A DNA stretch of 64,000 nt, taken from Candidatus Falkowbacteria bacterium. Lineage in GTDB: Bacteria > Patescibacteriota > Patescibacteriia > Patescibacteriales > UBA12075. Of this stretch, positions 1 to 9,216 are shown in pieces. A model generated the notes under the pieces. It worked only from the letters and a program-made list of their open reading frames with translations. It did no database searches and was not told the origin of the DNA. The stretch covers positions 165,533-229,532 of the forward strand of contig DOSJ01000004.1 in assembly GCA_003514005.1 (NCBI GenBank), written 5' to 3'. Numbering within the stretch: position 1 is the stretch's first letter; the number at the start of each line of letters is the position of its first letter. A program made the position numbers and the translations under genes.

Positions 1-1
1 G

Positions 2-472
2 GGACTTGCGGCAAAAGTATTCGAAGGCTATGAACCGGTCAAGAAGGTTGAACTGCCATCACCTACGATTCCGCCCGCGATTATTTCTCGGACATTTGAG
101 GTGGAATCTGAGACTGAGCAAACTGACGCAGAAACGGAAAGAATATCTCCGGCAGACAATTTAACCGAGATAATTAATAATTACATGGATGAAAAAGATC
201 CGGATGGTGACGGCTATGTCGGTGTTTTGGATAATTGTCCAAATGTTTCAAATATTGATCAAGCAGACGCCAATCAAAATGGAATCGGCGATGTTTGCGA
301 GGTTGTTGAAGAGCAAATTATTTCTAACGAAGAACAGATTGTTTCGGAAATTGAGCAGGGGGCAGGAGATGATAGTGAAACTGCGAACGACAACATTGAA
401 CCAAGCGAAGACGTAAACACAGAAATAGTCGAAGATGATTACGAAACTGTTGAGGTGGTTGAGATAAAATAA
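2..472 (+). CDS. C-terminal part of a secreted acidic protein with a thrombospondin type-3-like calcium-binding repeat (5-prime end lies outside the window)
   Basis: The frame is open from base 2 to the stop at 470-472. DPDGDGYVGVLDNCPNVSNIDQADANQNGIGDVCE fits the DxDxDG..DNCP..N..Q.D.D.DG.GD.C pattern. The tail is acidic. Confidence 0.6.
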   Translation, partial: GLAAKVFEGYEPVKKVELPSPTIPPAIISRTFEVESETEQTDAETERISPADNLTEIINNYMDEKDPDGDGYVGVLDNCPNVSNIDQADANQNGIGDVCEVVEEQIISNEEQIVSEIEQGAGDDSETANDNIEPSEDVNTEIVEDDYETVEVVEIK

Positions 473-478
473 TTCTTT

Positions 479-612
479 TTGTCATTCCCGCGAAGGCGGG
501 AATCTCGGTTGGAAAAGAATGAAATTTTAAATTAAGGAAAATTAGAATAAAAATATTTTTATAAAAAATTTTTTTATTTAAAACCAAGATTCCCGCCTTC
601 GCGGGAATGGCA
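479..612. repeat. MITE-like inverted-repeat element, family 1 subtype A1 (TTGTCATTCCCGCGAAGGCGGGAATC ... GATTCCCGCCTTCGCGGGAATGGCAA)
   Basis: The ~26-bp terminal arms are reverse complements. Each arm is also a self-hairpin (ATTCCCGC-GAAG-GCGGGAAT). The core is AT-rich. The same termini recur at 6 other sites. Confidence 0.75.
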
Positions 613-646
613 AACTTTAAAATAATCATAAATCATAAATTATCAT

Positions 647-1288
647 ATGCCAGAAGATTTTAAACAAACAGTTAATTTGCGCGAACGGATGTTGGCGGCG
701 CAGAACGGTAGCAAGGAAAATGTTGAGCGAAAAGCTATACCGCCAGTTGCAAAGACTTTGCGTCAATCAAAACCTTCAAATGCAGAGGGGATTGACCGGG
801 TTTATAATGACAGCGAAGATGAAAAAACCGATTTGCATAAAATAACCCGTCCAAGCATGAAATTGAATATTGAACAATTACAAAAACAGATTATCATAGC
901 CTTGGTTTTAATTATGATTATCGCCGGTGCTTATTGGTTGTTTTTTGTCAAAGGGAAAAATCAAGCGATTGTTTCCGGAGATGAAAAAACGGCAAGCTGG
1001 TATTCGATTAAATTGATAAACGGCGAAGTTTATTATGGCGAAATTGCGAATACCGCTTCTGACCCCGTAGTTTTAAAAAATGTCTATTACAACTATGATC
1101 AGATAAACCCCGCCACAGCCGGAACGGAAAAAAAGGAAGAAAGCGCGAGCTTGCGCTTAGTCAAACGCGGCAACGAAGCGCATGGACCGGATGGCAATAT
1201 GGAGATTGTACGGACGCAGGTGGTTTTTATGGAGCCTCTTAAAGAGGATTCGAAGGTGCTTAGGGCTATATTGGATTATGAGAAGTAG
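647..1288 (+). CDS. hypothetical single-pass membrane protein
   Basis: 213-aa ORF with one hydrophobic helix (IIIALVLIMIIAGAYWLFFV). No motif recognised. Confidence 0.5.
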   Translation: MPEDFKQTVNLRERMLAAQNGSKENVERKAIPPVAKTLRQSKPSNAEGIDRVYNDSEDEKTDLHKITRPSMKLNIEQLQKQIIIALVLIMIIAGAYWLFFVKGKNQAIVSGDEKTASWYSIKLINGEVYYGEIANTASDPVVLKNVYYNYDQINPATAGTEKKEESASLRLVKRGNEAHGPDGNMEIVRTQVVFMEPLKEDSKVLRAILDYEK

Positions 1289-1295
1289 CTTTTTA

Positions 1296-1431
1296 AATAA
1301 TCAATAATCAATATTCAATAATCATTGAATAATCAATTTTTAATATACAATAATCAAAATATGGTTTTTAGATTATTGATTATTGAATTATTTGATTATT
1401 GATTGGATATTGAATATTGTTTATTGATTAT
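1296..1431. repeat. intergenic word hairpin (AATAATCAAT / ATTCAATA words against ATTGATTATT / TATTGAAT words)
   Basis: The left tract 1296-1359 is an imperfect reverse complement of the right tract 1371-1431. It overlaps the spurious N-terminus of the 1417 ORF. Confidence 0.7.
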
Positions 1432-1440
1432 TTTTTATTT

Positions 1441-4395
1441 ATGCAAATAATTGCTGAAAAAAAATTAAATGACAACCAAGCGCAAGCCGTGAACCATGTC
1501 ACCGGTCCTGCTTTAATCGTGGCTGGCGCGGGAACAGGGAAAACAACGGTTTTGATTGAGCGATTGCATAATTTGTTTGTAAATAAGCTTGCTCGTCCAG
1601 ACGAGGTTTTGCTTTTGACGTTTACGGAAAAAGGCGCGGGCGAGATGGAGGATCGGGCATTGAAGATATTGCCGATGGGTTATGTGGATTTGTGGATCAA
1701 TACTTTTCATGGATTTACCGAGCGGGTTTTGCGTGAACATGCACTGGATATCGGCCTTAGTCCGTCTTTCAAACTTTTGACTCAGACTGAACAATGGATA
1801 TTGATTAAGAAGAATTTGGATAAATTTGATTTGGATTATTATAAACCGCTTGGCAATCCTAACAAGTTTATTTATGAATTAGTGAAACATTTTTCGCGGT
1901 TGAAGGATGAGAATGTTTCTGCGTTGGAGTATTTAAAATATGTGGAGGGGTTGGTGGCGAATAAAGATGAAGTTAGAAGTAAGAAGTTAGCCGTGCCTGC
2001 CGGCAGGCAGGAAGTAAGAAGTAATGATGATATTCAAGAAATTAAACGTGTTTGTGAGCTTGCTAATGCTTATCATGTTTATAATAATTTGCTTTTAGAG
2101 AATGAGAATTTGGATTTTGGGGATTTGATTTTTTATGCGATTAAACTTTTTAAAGAGCGGCCGAATATTTTGCGGTATTATCAGGATAAATTTAAGTTTA
2201 TTATGGTGGATGAGTTTCAGGATACGAATACGGCGCAATATGAGTTGATTAAAATCTTGGCTGGTAAGAAAGCGAATCTGATGGTTGTGGGCGATGATGA
2301 TCAAGCTATTTATCGTTTTCGTGGCGCGTCTTTGTCGAATATTTTGCAATTCAAAGATGATTATCCGAATGCGGCCGAGATAATCTTGAATGAAAACTAT
2401 CGTTCAGGGCAGAATATTTTGGATAATGCTTACAAATCAATTCAAAACAACAATCCTGACCGTTTGGAAATAAAATTAAAAATAAATAAAAAATTGCAGG
2501 CAAATAAAGCGGAGTCCGGAAACGTGGAGCATATAAATTTTACTGACTATGGATCCGAGTCGGAGTGGATTGCGGAGAAAATAAAAACAAGTCGCGATGC
2601 TAGTGGCTTGAAATGGTCTGATTTTGCGATTCTTGTACGCGCGAATAGCGATGCTGATGCTTATGTAGGAGAACTGACACGCAAAAACATTCCCAATACT
2701 TTTGTGTCACTCAAAGGTTTGTATTTCAAGCCATTGATTTTGGATGTCTTGGCTTTTTTGCGGCTACTCGATAATTATCATGAATCAAGCGCGCTTTTTC
2801 GTGTTTTAAATATGCAAGCATTCGCGATTGATCATGGTGAAATCGTTAATATCAGCCGTTTTGCGCGTAAAAAAATCTGGTCGCTTTATGAAGCGCTAAA
2901 AAATATTGAGGCAGTTCCCGGCCTTTTGCCGGAAAGTTATAAGAGTGCGAATAAATTGGTCGCGTTGATCGGAAAATTTTTGGAAATGGTTAAAAAGGAA
3001 AGCGCAAGCCGTGTTTTTGTAAAATTTATTTATGAATCAGGCATTTTGGTTGGCAAAGACTATGATCGCGATCAGGAATTTTTTTCTTACCTGAATCAAT
3101 TTTATAAAAAAATAACAAAGTTTGAAGAAAACGAGCCGGGCGCGCGTTTGAAGGATTTTTTGGAATACTTCAACATGGAAATCGAGGCGGGCGAGACCGG
3201 TTCACTGCGTTTGGATTTTGGCGACGAAGATACGGTAAAAATTATGACAGTGCATTCTGCCAAGGGACTGGAGTTTGATACGGTATTTTTACCGTGTTTG
3301 GTAGATAAGAAGTTTCCAACCATCAATCGCTCTGAAAAAATTGATATTCCGGAAGCGTTGGTTAAAATCAAAATTGTCGGCGGCAAAGAAGCGCATCTGG
3401 AAGAGGAACGCCGTCTATTTTACGTTGCTTTGACACGCGCTAAACATAATCTATTTTTGACCAGCGCGAAAGATTATGGCGGTAAGCGCGAGAAAAAGCC
3501 ATCGATATTTTTGGAAGAGATCGGTTTGGCCATGAGTCAACACGAAAAGAAAACGCGAACGAGCGAGATTGTTAACGCCCTAAACGATTACGCGAGCGGA
3601 ATTGCTGAAAAGAAATTTAATTTTACGCCTCCGCAAAAATTCTCGTTTTCACAGGTAGAGGCTTTTACTAATTGTCCTTTGCAATACAAATTTAATTTTA
3701 TTTTGAATATTCCGGTTCTACCCAAAGCGGTTTTTATCTTTGGCCGTACTCTACACAATTCTCTCCGCGATTTTTTCTTGCCCTTGATCGTAAATAGTTT
3801 TCAAGCTGGATTATTTGATTCACTGCCAAGTAAAAAGATTAAGCTAGACTACAAAGACTTGGAGAAAGCATACAACTTGCATTGGCAGAATGACAATTAT
3901 GACAGTATAAAAGAGAGAGAAGACTATAAAAAACAGGGCAGGGAAATGTTAAAACTGCTTTTTGCTTATTACGAAAATAATGGCTGGCCGGATGTCGCGT
4001 TTATTGAGAAAAGTTTTTTGGTAAATATCGGCGATTATATTTTTAAGGGCGCGATTGATCGGGTTGATAAATTGGCAGATGGTACATACGAAATTCTGGA
4101 CTATAAAACCGGCAATCCCAAGGAAAAATTATTGTATGATGATAAGCGGCAGTTAATGCTGTATAAAATCGCGCTGGAAGAGGGGATGGGACTGAAAGTA
4201 TCAAGTCTGGCATATTTTTATCTAAAGAACGGTGAGAAAGTCAGCTTTGAATCCAAACCCAAGGACGAAGAAAAACTAAAAGCCGAGTTGTTTGAAAGCA
4301 TCCACGGTATTTGCAAAGGTGAGTTTTTGCCAAAACCTAGTTTGCTTTGTGGATATTGCGATTTTAATCAGATTTGTGAGTTTAGACAGAAATAA
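1441..4395 (+). CDS. UvrD/PcrA-family helicase fused to a C-terminal PD-(D/E)XK Cas4/AddB-like nuclease with a Cys cluster
   Basis: Walker A GAGTGKTT, DEFQDT and TVHSAKGLEF helicase motifs. The C-terminus has CPLQYKF...DRVD...LDYKTG...CGYCDFNQIC. Start moved to ATG 1441 because the earlier codons lie in the repeat. Confidence 0.85.
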   Translation: MQIIAEKKLNDNQAQAVNHVTGPALIVAGAGTGKTTVLIERLHNLFVNKLARPDEVLLLTFTEKGAGEMEDRALKILPMGYVDLWINTFHGFTERVLREHALDIGLSPSFKLLTQTEQWILIKKNLDKFDLDYYKPLGNPNKFIYELVKHFSRLKDENVSALEYLKYVEGLVANKDEVRSKKLAVPAGRQEVRSNDDIQEIKRVCELANAYHVYNNLLLENENLDFGDLIFYAIKLFKERPNILRYYQDKFKFIMVDEFQDTNTAQYELIKILAGKKANLMVVGDDDQAIYRFRGASLSNILQFKDDYPNAAEIILNENYRSGQNILDNAYKSIQNNNPDRLEIKLKINKKLQANKAESGNVEHINFTDYGSESEWIAEKIKTSRDASGLKWSDFAILVRANSDADAYVGELTRKNIPNTFVSLKGLYFKPLILDVLAFLRLLDNYHESSALFRVLNMQAFAIDHGEIVNISRFARKKIWSLYEALKNIEAVPGLLPESYKSANKLVALIGKFLEMVKKESASRVFVKFIYESGILVGKDYDRDQEFFSYLNQFYKKITKFEENEPGARLKDFLEYFNMEIEAGETGSLRLDFGDEDTVKIMTVHSAKGLEFDTVFLPCLVDKKFPTINRSEKIDIPEALVKIKIVGGKEAHLEEERRLFYVALTRAKHNLFLTSAKDYGGKREKKPSIFLEEIGLAMSQHEKKTRTSEIVNALNDYASGIAEKKFNFTPPQKFSFSQVEAFTNCPLQYKFNFILNIPVLPKAVFIFGRTLHNSLRDFFLPLIVNSFQAGLFDSLPSKKIKLDYKDLEKAYNLHWQNDNYDSIKEREDYKKQGREMLKLLFAYYENNGWPDVAFIEKSFLVNIGDYIFKGAIDRVDKLADGTYEILDYKTGNPKEKLLYDDKRQLMLYKIALEEGMGLKVSSLAYFYLKNGEKVSFESKPKDEEKLKAELFESIHGICKGEFLPKPSLLCGYCDFNQICEFRQK
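1969..2022. repeat. in-frame AGAAGT-word insertion with a central 12-bp palindrome CCTGCCGGCAGG, inside the helicase CDS
   Basis: GAAGTTAGAAGTAAGAAGTTAG..CCTGCCGGCAGG..GAAGTAAGAAGT spans 54 bp (18 codons, EVRSKKLAVPAGRQEVRS). The same words build the intergenic hairpins at 4394, 9493 and 32885. Confidence 0.7.
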
Positions 4396-4567
4396 GAAGT
4401 TTGAAGTAAGAAGTTAGAAGTAAGAAGTTTTTAGTGAGAGGTAAAAAGTCTAAAATATGCTAAGCACTTGAAAAATGTTTCTTTTTATACTAAAGTAACA
4501 GATAGTTAAAGTATGAAAAAGATAATTTTTTTTATATTTCTAACTTCTAACTTCTTACTTCTAACTT
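4394..4567. repeat. intergenic word hairpin (AGAAGT words)
   Basis: AAGAAGTTTGAAGTAAGAAGTTAGAAGTAAGAAGT (4394-4428) faces TTCTAACTTCTAACTTCTTACTTCTAACTT (4538-4567). Confidence 0.75.
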
Positions 4568-4572
4568 AAAAC

Positions 4573-4950
4573 ATGTCTTTAAAAAAATACCTAATTTTCA
4601 TGAGTATTGCGACCGTTATCTGTTGGTCTGCCTTTGCTTATGTTATTTTTACGGTTAATCCGGCGATTACTAATTGGATTGGTTTTGGTTTGTTTTATAC
4701 ATCTTTGTTTTTGGCTATTATCGGTACTTCGGCGATTCTTGGTTTTGTTGTTCGTTTTATTGCCTTGAAACAAGAAATTGCTTTTCGTTTGGTAAATGAG
4801 GCTTTTCGGCAGTCATTTTTATTTGCGATATTGATAATCGTAAGTTTGCTACTGTTAAGCCAAGAACTATTTACCTGGTTGAACTTGTTTTTTTTGATTA
4901 TCGGCTTGTCGGTTTTGGAGTTTTTTATGCTTAGCTATAAGAGCAAATAA
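4573..4950 (+). CDS. hypothetical 4-TM membrane protein
   Basis: 125-aa ORF with four hydrophobic segments. Confidence 0.5.
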   Translation: MSLKKYLIFMSIATVICWSAFAYVIFTVNPAITNWIGFGLFYTSLFLAIIGTSAILGFVVRFIALKQEIAFRLVNEAFRQSFLFAILIIVSLLLLSQELFTWLNLFFLIIGLSVLEFFMLSYKSK

Positions 4951-4969
4951 TTTTTTAGTATTTATTTTT

Positions 4970-5118
4970 TTGTCATTCCCGACACTCTTAGCCCCGCAGG
5001 GAAATAATATTAAATGATCGGGAATCTAGGGGTAAAAGATTCAATTATTTATGACAGCAGTGGTTTAATGATAAATTAAGCTTTTACACCTGGATTCCCG
5101 CCTTCGCGGGAATGACAA
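4970..5118. repeat. MITE-like element, family 1 subtype A2 (left arm carries a 35-nt insert CACTC..CCCCGCAGGG..ATTAAATGA)
   Basis: TTGTCATTCCCGA[insert]TCGGGAATC ... GGATTCCCGCCTTCGCGGGAATGACAA. Near-identical copies lie at 6283 and 13890. Confidence 0.75.
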
Positions 5119-5180
5119 GTGGAAGGAAAAATTATTTTTATAAAATGAAATTATGAATTTAATTAAAACATGAATAACAT

Positions 5181-6218
5181 ATGGAAAAAGAATTACAACA
5201 AATTAAAGAAACAATATTGGAAGAGGTTAAAAAAATAAAGGATTCGCAGGTTTTGCGGGATTTGGAGCTTAAATATTTGGGTCGCAAAGGCGAGTTGACT
5301 ACGATATTGCGCGGGCTTACCAAGCTGGATGGCGAGGACAAGAAAAAGGTTGGAGCGCTTGCCAATACTATTAAAAATGAAATTTATACGGTTTTTAAAG
5401 ACCTGAAGTCTTCGATCGAAGAAAAAGGCAGGGAAGAGTTTGTTGATGTAACTTTGCCAGGAAAAAAGAGCGAGCGCGGACACCTGCATCCGATTACTTT
5501 GATTCAGAATGAGTTGGAAGATGTTTTTTCTTCCATGGGATTTATGGTTTTGGATGGACCGGAACTTGAGAGCGAATATTATAATTTTGAGGCTTTGAAC
5601 ATACCCGCGCATCATCCGGCGCGTGATATGCAGGATACTTTTTATATTCAGGGTAATGAAACGGAAAAAGGCGCAGGTGGAAAAAGCGATTTGGTTATGC
5701 GTACACATACTTCGCCGGTGCAGGTGCGGGCGATGCAAAAATACGGCGCTCCTTTGCGCTGTGTCGCACCTGGCCGCGTATATCGCTGTGAGGCGACCGA
5801 TGCCGTGCATGAACATACCTTTGACCAGATGGAAGGACTAATGATTGATGAAAATATTTCTATCAGCAATATGATAGCAGTAATGAAAGAGCTTCTAAAA
5901 GGCGTCTTTGGTAGAGAAATGGAAGTTCGCGTTCGGCCTGGGTATTTTCCTTTTGTTGAGCCCGGCATTGAGCTGGATATCAAATGCACGATTTGCGGCG
6001 GCGCCAAATGCCCAAGCTGTAAGCATTCGGGCTGGCTCGAAATTTTACCAGCCGGCATGGTGCATCCAAATGTTTTAAGGCATGGCGGTATTGATCCTGA
6101 TAAATATTCCGGCTTTGCCTTTGGACTCGGTCTGACCAGGCTTGCCATGATGAAATACGGCATCAACGACATCCGCCTCTTTAACGGCGGCGATTTAAGG
6201 TTTTTAAAACAATTTTAA
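5181..6218 (+). CDS. pheS: phenylalanine--tRNA ligase alpha subunit
   Basis: Class II motifs, including FDQMEGL and GFAFGLGLTRLAMMKYGI. Confidence 0.95.
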   Translation: MEKELQQIKETILEEVKKIKDSQVLRDLELKYLGRKGELTTILRGLTKLDGEDKKKVGALANTIKNEIYTVFKDLKSSIEEKGREEFVDVTLPGKKSERGHLHPITLIQNELEDVFSSMGFMVLDGPELESEYYNFEALNIPAHHPARDMQDTFYIQGNETEKGAGGKSDLVMRTHTSPVQVRAMQKYGAPLRCVAPGRVYRCEATDAVHEHTFDQMEGLMIDENISISNMIAVMKELLKGVFGREMEVRVRPGYFPFVEPGIELDIKCTICGGAKCPSCKHSGWLEILPAGMVHPNVLRHGGIDPDKYSGFAFGLGLTRLAMMKYGINDIRLFNGGDLRFLKQF

Positions 6219-6224
6219 GGCTGA

Positions 6225-6572
6225 GTTAAAAGTAAAAAGTTATAAAGTAAGGTTCTTTAGATAATTTTATGTGTAAAATATTTTGTCATTCCCGACACTC
6301 CATAGCCCCGCAGGGAATAGATATTAAATGATCGGGAATCTCGGTGTTAAATTAATTAAATAAATATGTGATAAAATGGTTTTATAACAAATATGCAGTA
6401 TAAAATACTTTGTTATTGTTAAACCAAGATTCCCGCCTGCGCGGGAATGACAAATAAAAGGAATGTGTTTAAAAATTTACCACAGAAATGTCTAAAGAAC
6501 CTAAAGTAAATATAACAATTACTACATAAAAACTTTTAACTTTATAAATTTTAATACTTTATAACTTTAAAC
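6225..6572. repeat. outer intergenic word hairpin that encloses a family-1 MITE (nested architecture)
   Basis: GTTAAAAGTAAAAAGTTATAAAGTAAGGTTCTTTAGAT (6225-6262) is complementary to ATGTCTAAAGAACCTAAAGTAAATATAAC...CTTTATAACTTTAAAC (6488-6572). The MITE at 6283-6453 sits inside. Confidence 0.65.
6283..6453. repeat. MITE-like element, family 1 subtype A2
   Basis: Same termini and insert as 4970-5118. The right arm is GATTCCCGCCTGCGCGGGAATGACAA. Confidence 0.75.
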
Positions 6573-6579
6573 TAAACAT

Positions 6580-9045
6580 ATGTATCTATCACTAAACTGG
6601 CTAAAAGACTATATAGACCTTCCTAAATCTATCACTCCTGATGAGCTGGGAAATAGATTGACGCTTTCGACTGTTGAGATTGATAGCGTGGAAAAACAGG
6701 AGGAAAAATTTAAGAATATTATGGTTGGAAAAATTTTGGAAGTTAAGGCGCATCCGAATGCCGAGCGTTTGCGGCTTGCGCGCGTTGATATTGGCGCGAA
6801 GGAAGAATGGATTGTTTGCGGTGCGCCGAATATCGAGGCCGGACAGATGGTGCCGGTTGCTTTGGTTGGTGCTGTTTTGCCTAGCGGAGTCGAAATCAAG
6901 CAAGCGGAAATTCGCGGGATTAAATCTTGCGGAATGCTTTGTGCTCCAGACGAAATCGGGCTTGGCGAGGACCATAATGGTATTATGATTTTGGAAAAAG
7001 GCGCGAAAGTCGGACAAAAATTAGCTGAATATCTAAAGATTGATGATGTCTTATTTGAAGTTGACAATAAGTCAATTACAAATCGTCCTGATCTTTGGGG
7101 GCATATCGGTATGGCGCGCGATATCAATGCTTTTTTGGAGATTAAGCCAAAGAAGACTATGACAGATATTTTGGCAGGAAAAAAAGAAGATATTGTTTTG
7201 GAGGATGAGACCGTGAAAATTGATGTGAAAGTTGATAATTTTGAACTATGTCCGCGTTATATGGCAGTCGCGCTCGGCAATATCAAGATTGCTCCGTCGC
7301 CGGCTTGGATGGCAGAGCGCTTGATTGCGGTTGGGGTGCGTCCGATCAACAATATCGTAGACGCAACCAATTATATCATGCTTGACCTGGGCCAACCCTT
7401 GCATGCTTTTGATTTTGAAAATATCGCTTCCGTGAAAAAAGAAAACGGAGGAGAGGGAAAAATACTTGTTCGGACCGCAAAAGCCGATGAGGAGATTGTA
7501 ACGCTTGACGGGCAAACGCGAAAATTGGATAAAGAAATGCTTGTGATAACTGATTCGGAAAAACCGGTCGCGATTGCCGGCGTTATGGGCGGCGCCAATA
7601 GCGAAATTAGTAATGACACAAAAACAATTGTAATCGAATCGGCAAATTTTAATTTTATCTCGATCAGAAAAACATCGACCAAACTTGGCTTGCGTTCCGA
7701 AGCGTCACAGCGCTATGAAAAATCGCTTGATCCGAATTTATGCGAGACATCGCTGGTTCGCGCGGTCAATCTGATAAAAGAAATCTGCCCAGGCGCGCGC
7801 GTTGTGTCCCAGGTGGTTGATGAAGAAAAGTATGCATTGAACCAAGGACCGATCGAGATTGAGCTTGATTGGTTAAATAAAATAATCGGAGAAGACATTG
7901 GCGAAAAGAAAATCAGCGGAATTTTGAGCAGGCTGGGTTTTGGGGTCGAGATTTTAGAAGCTGAAAAGAAAATATTAAAGATAACTATTCCGACTTGGCG
8001 CGCAACCAAGGATATTTCTTTGAAAGAAGATATTGTCGAAGAAGTGGCAAGAATTTTCGGTTATGACAATTTATTACCGCGTATGCCAAAGGTCGCCATG
8101 CATGCTCCGGAAATTAATAAAAATCGCAAATTGGAGCGTGAATTAAAAAAGATTTTAGCCGAAGATTTTGCCTGTGAAGTTTCGAATTATTCTTATGTCG
8201 GCGATGAACAATTAAAAAAACTGGGGATTGATTACGGCAAGCATATCCGCCTGGCTAATCCGATTGCCAATTACCACACCATGCTTCGTCAAAGTCTGGC
8301 GCCGAATCTACTGAGCTCCGTCATAGCTAACCAAGCTCGTCAAGAATCATTTACGCTTTTTGAGATTGGAAATATTTATATCAATATCCCAAGCGGTCCG
8401 AATAAAAATAATACAAGCGAAGAAAAATTGCCTTTTCAAGAAAAACGGCTTGGCATATCTGTAGCCGGGTCAGATATTCTGGAAGAATATAACCAAATGA
8501 AATCTTTAGTTGGAAATTTATTCGCGCATTTTTATTTGGAGGCTGAATATTCCGGAATGGCAGGGGATTTGAACTGGATTGAGGAGAGCATGGCTACGCA
8601 GATTTTGATTTTTGGAGAACAAGTCGGAACAATCTATGCCGTAAATCAAAAAACCAAAAATAAGATCGGCCTGAAAAAGCAGGTCGTGATTGCCGAGATT
8701 GGAATAAATAAATTATTAGATTTGATAAATAAAGCTGGTGAATTAAAATTTAAAGAGTTTGAAAAATTCCCCAAACTAATCCGTGATTTGGCTTTTGTGG
8801 TTAATGAAAAAGTATTGTATAATGATATTAGAAAAGAGATTTTAAGTTTTCATGAGATTATCAAAGAGGTAGAATTGTTTGATGTTTATCAAGGCGATAA
8901 AGTCGGTGCTGGCAACAAAAGTTTGGCTTTTCATATAGCCTACCAAGCAGACAAGACATTGACCGGCGAAGAAGCGGACGCGATTCAAACAGACTTGATT
9001 AAAAAACTAGAAGAGAGATTTGAGGCCAAGGTTAGGGACTATTAA
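6580..9045 (+). CDS. pheT: phenylalanine--tRNA ligase beta subunit
   Basis: N-terminus MYLSLNWLKDYIDL, tRNA-binding domain, B3/4 and B5 regions, and a C-terminal FDX-ACB-like end. 821 aa. Confidence 0.95.
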   Translation: MYLSLNWLKDYIDLPKSITPDELGNRLTLSTVEIDSVEKQEEKFKNIMVGKILEVKAHPNAERLRLARVDIGAKEEWIVCGAPNIEAGQMVPVALVGAVLPSGVEIKQAEIRGIKSCGMLCAPDEIGLGEDHNGIMILEKGAKVGQKLAEYLKIDDVLFEVDNKSITNRPDLWGHIGMARDINAFLEIKPKKTMTDILAGKKEDIVLEDETVKIDVKVDNFELCPRYMAVALGNIKIAPSPAWMAERLIAVGVRPINNIVDATNYIMLDLGQPLHAFDFENIASVKKENGGEGKILVRTAKADEEIVTLDGQTRKLDKEMLVITDSEKPVAIAGVMGGANSEISNDTKTIVIESANFNFISIRKTSTKLGLRSEASQRYEKSLDPNLCETSLVRAVNLIKEICPGARVVSQVVDEEKYALNQGPIEIELDWLNKIIGEDIGEKKISGILSRLGFGVEILEAEKKILKITIPTWRATKDISLKEDIVEEVARIFGYDNLLPRMPKVAMHAPEINKNRKLERELKKILAEDFACEVSNYSYVGDEQLKKLGIDYGKHIRLANPIANYHTMLRQSLAPNLLSSVIANQARQESFTLFEIGNIYINIPSGPNKNNTSEEKLPFQEKRLGISVAGSDILEEYNQMKSLVGNLFAHFYLEAEYSGMAGDLNWIEESMATQILIFGEQVGTIYAVNQKTKNKIGLKKQVVIAEIGINKLLDLINKAGELKFKEFEKFPKLIRDLAFVVNEKVLYNDIRKEILSFHEIIKEVELFDVYQGDKVGAGNKSLAFHIAYQADKTLTGEEADAIQTDLIKKLEERFEAKVRDY

Positions 9046-9069
9046 TTATTGAAATATATTTTTTTCCTC

Positions 9070-9208
9070 TTGTCATTCCCGCGAAGGCGGGAATCTTGGT
9101 GAGAAAAGCAACTCATTATACTAAAAGTTAATGATTTTAAAAACGTTTTTTGTCTAGGAAATTTAAATTATTTTTTAACCAAGATTCCCGCCTTCGCGGG
9201 AATGACAA
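9070..9208. repeat. MITE-like element, family 1 subtype A1
   Basis: TTGTCATTCCCGCGAAGGCGGGAATC ... GATTCCCGCCTTCGCGGGAATGACAA. The ATG at 9202 of the ORF track lies inside the right arm. Confidence 0.75.
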
Positions 9209-9216
9209 AGAATAAT

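Noticed and set aside
324-629. ORF translating the MITE arms (contains IPAKAGI and IPAFAGMTK peptides).
   Set aside because: It is the conceptual translation of an inverted-repeat element. The same peptide would arise at every copy, so it is not a gene.
5193-6172. Long antisense or overlapping ORFs inside pheS (5193-5816 minus, 5648-6172 minus). Similar shadow ORFs occur inside pheT, topA, der (15319-16218), the LCP gene, gatA, ligA and the giant gene.
   Set aside because: They lie entirely within well-supported conserved genes on the other strand or in another frame. Their composition is low-complexity or Arg/Ser/Pro-rich and they carry no recognisable motifs. These are typical shadow ORFs.
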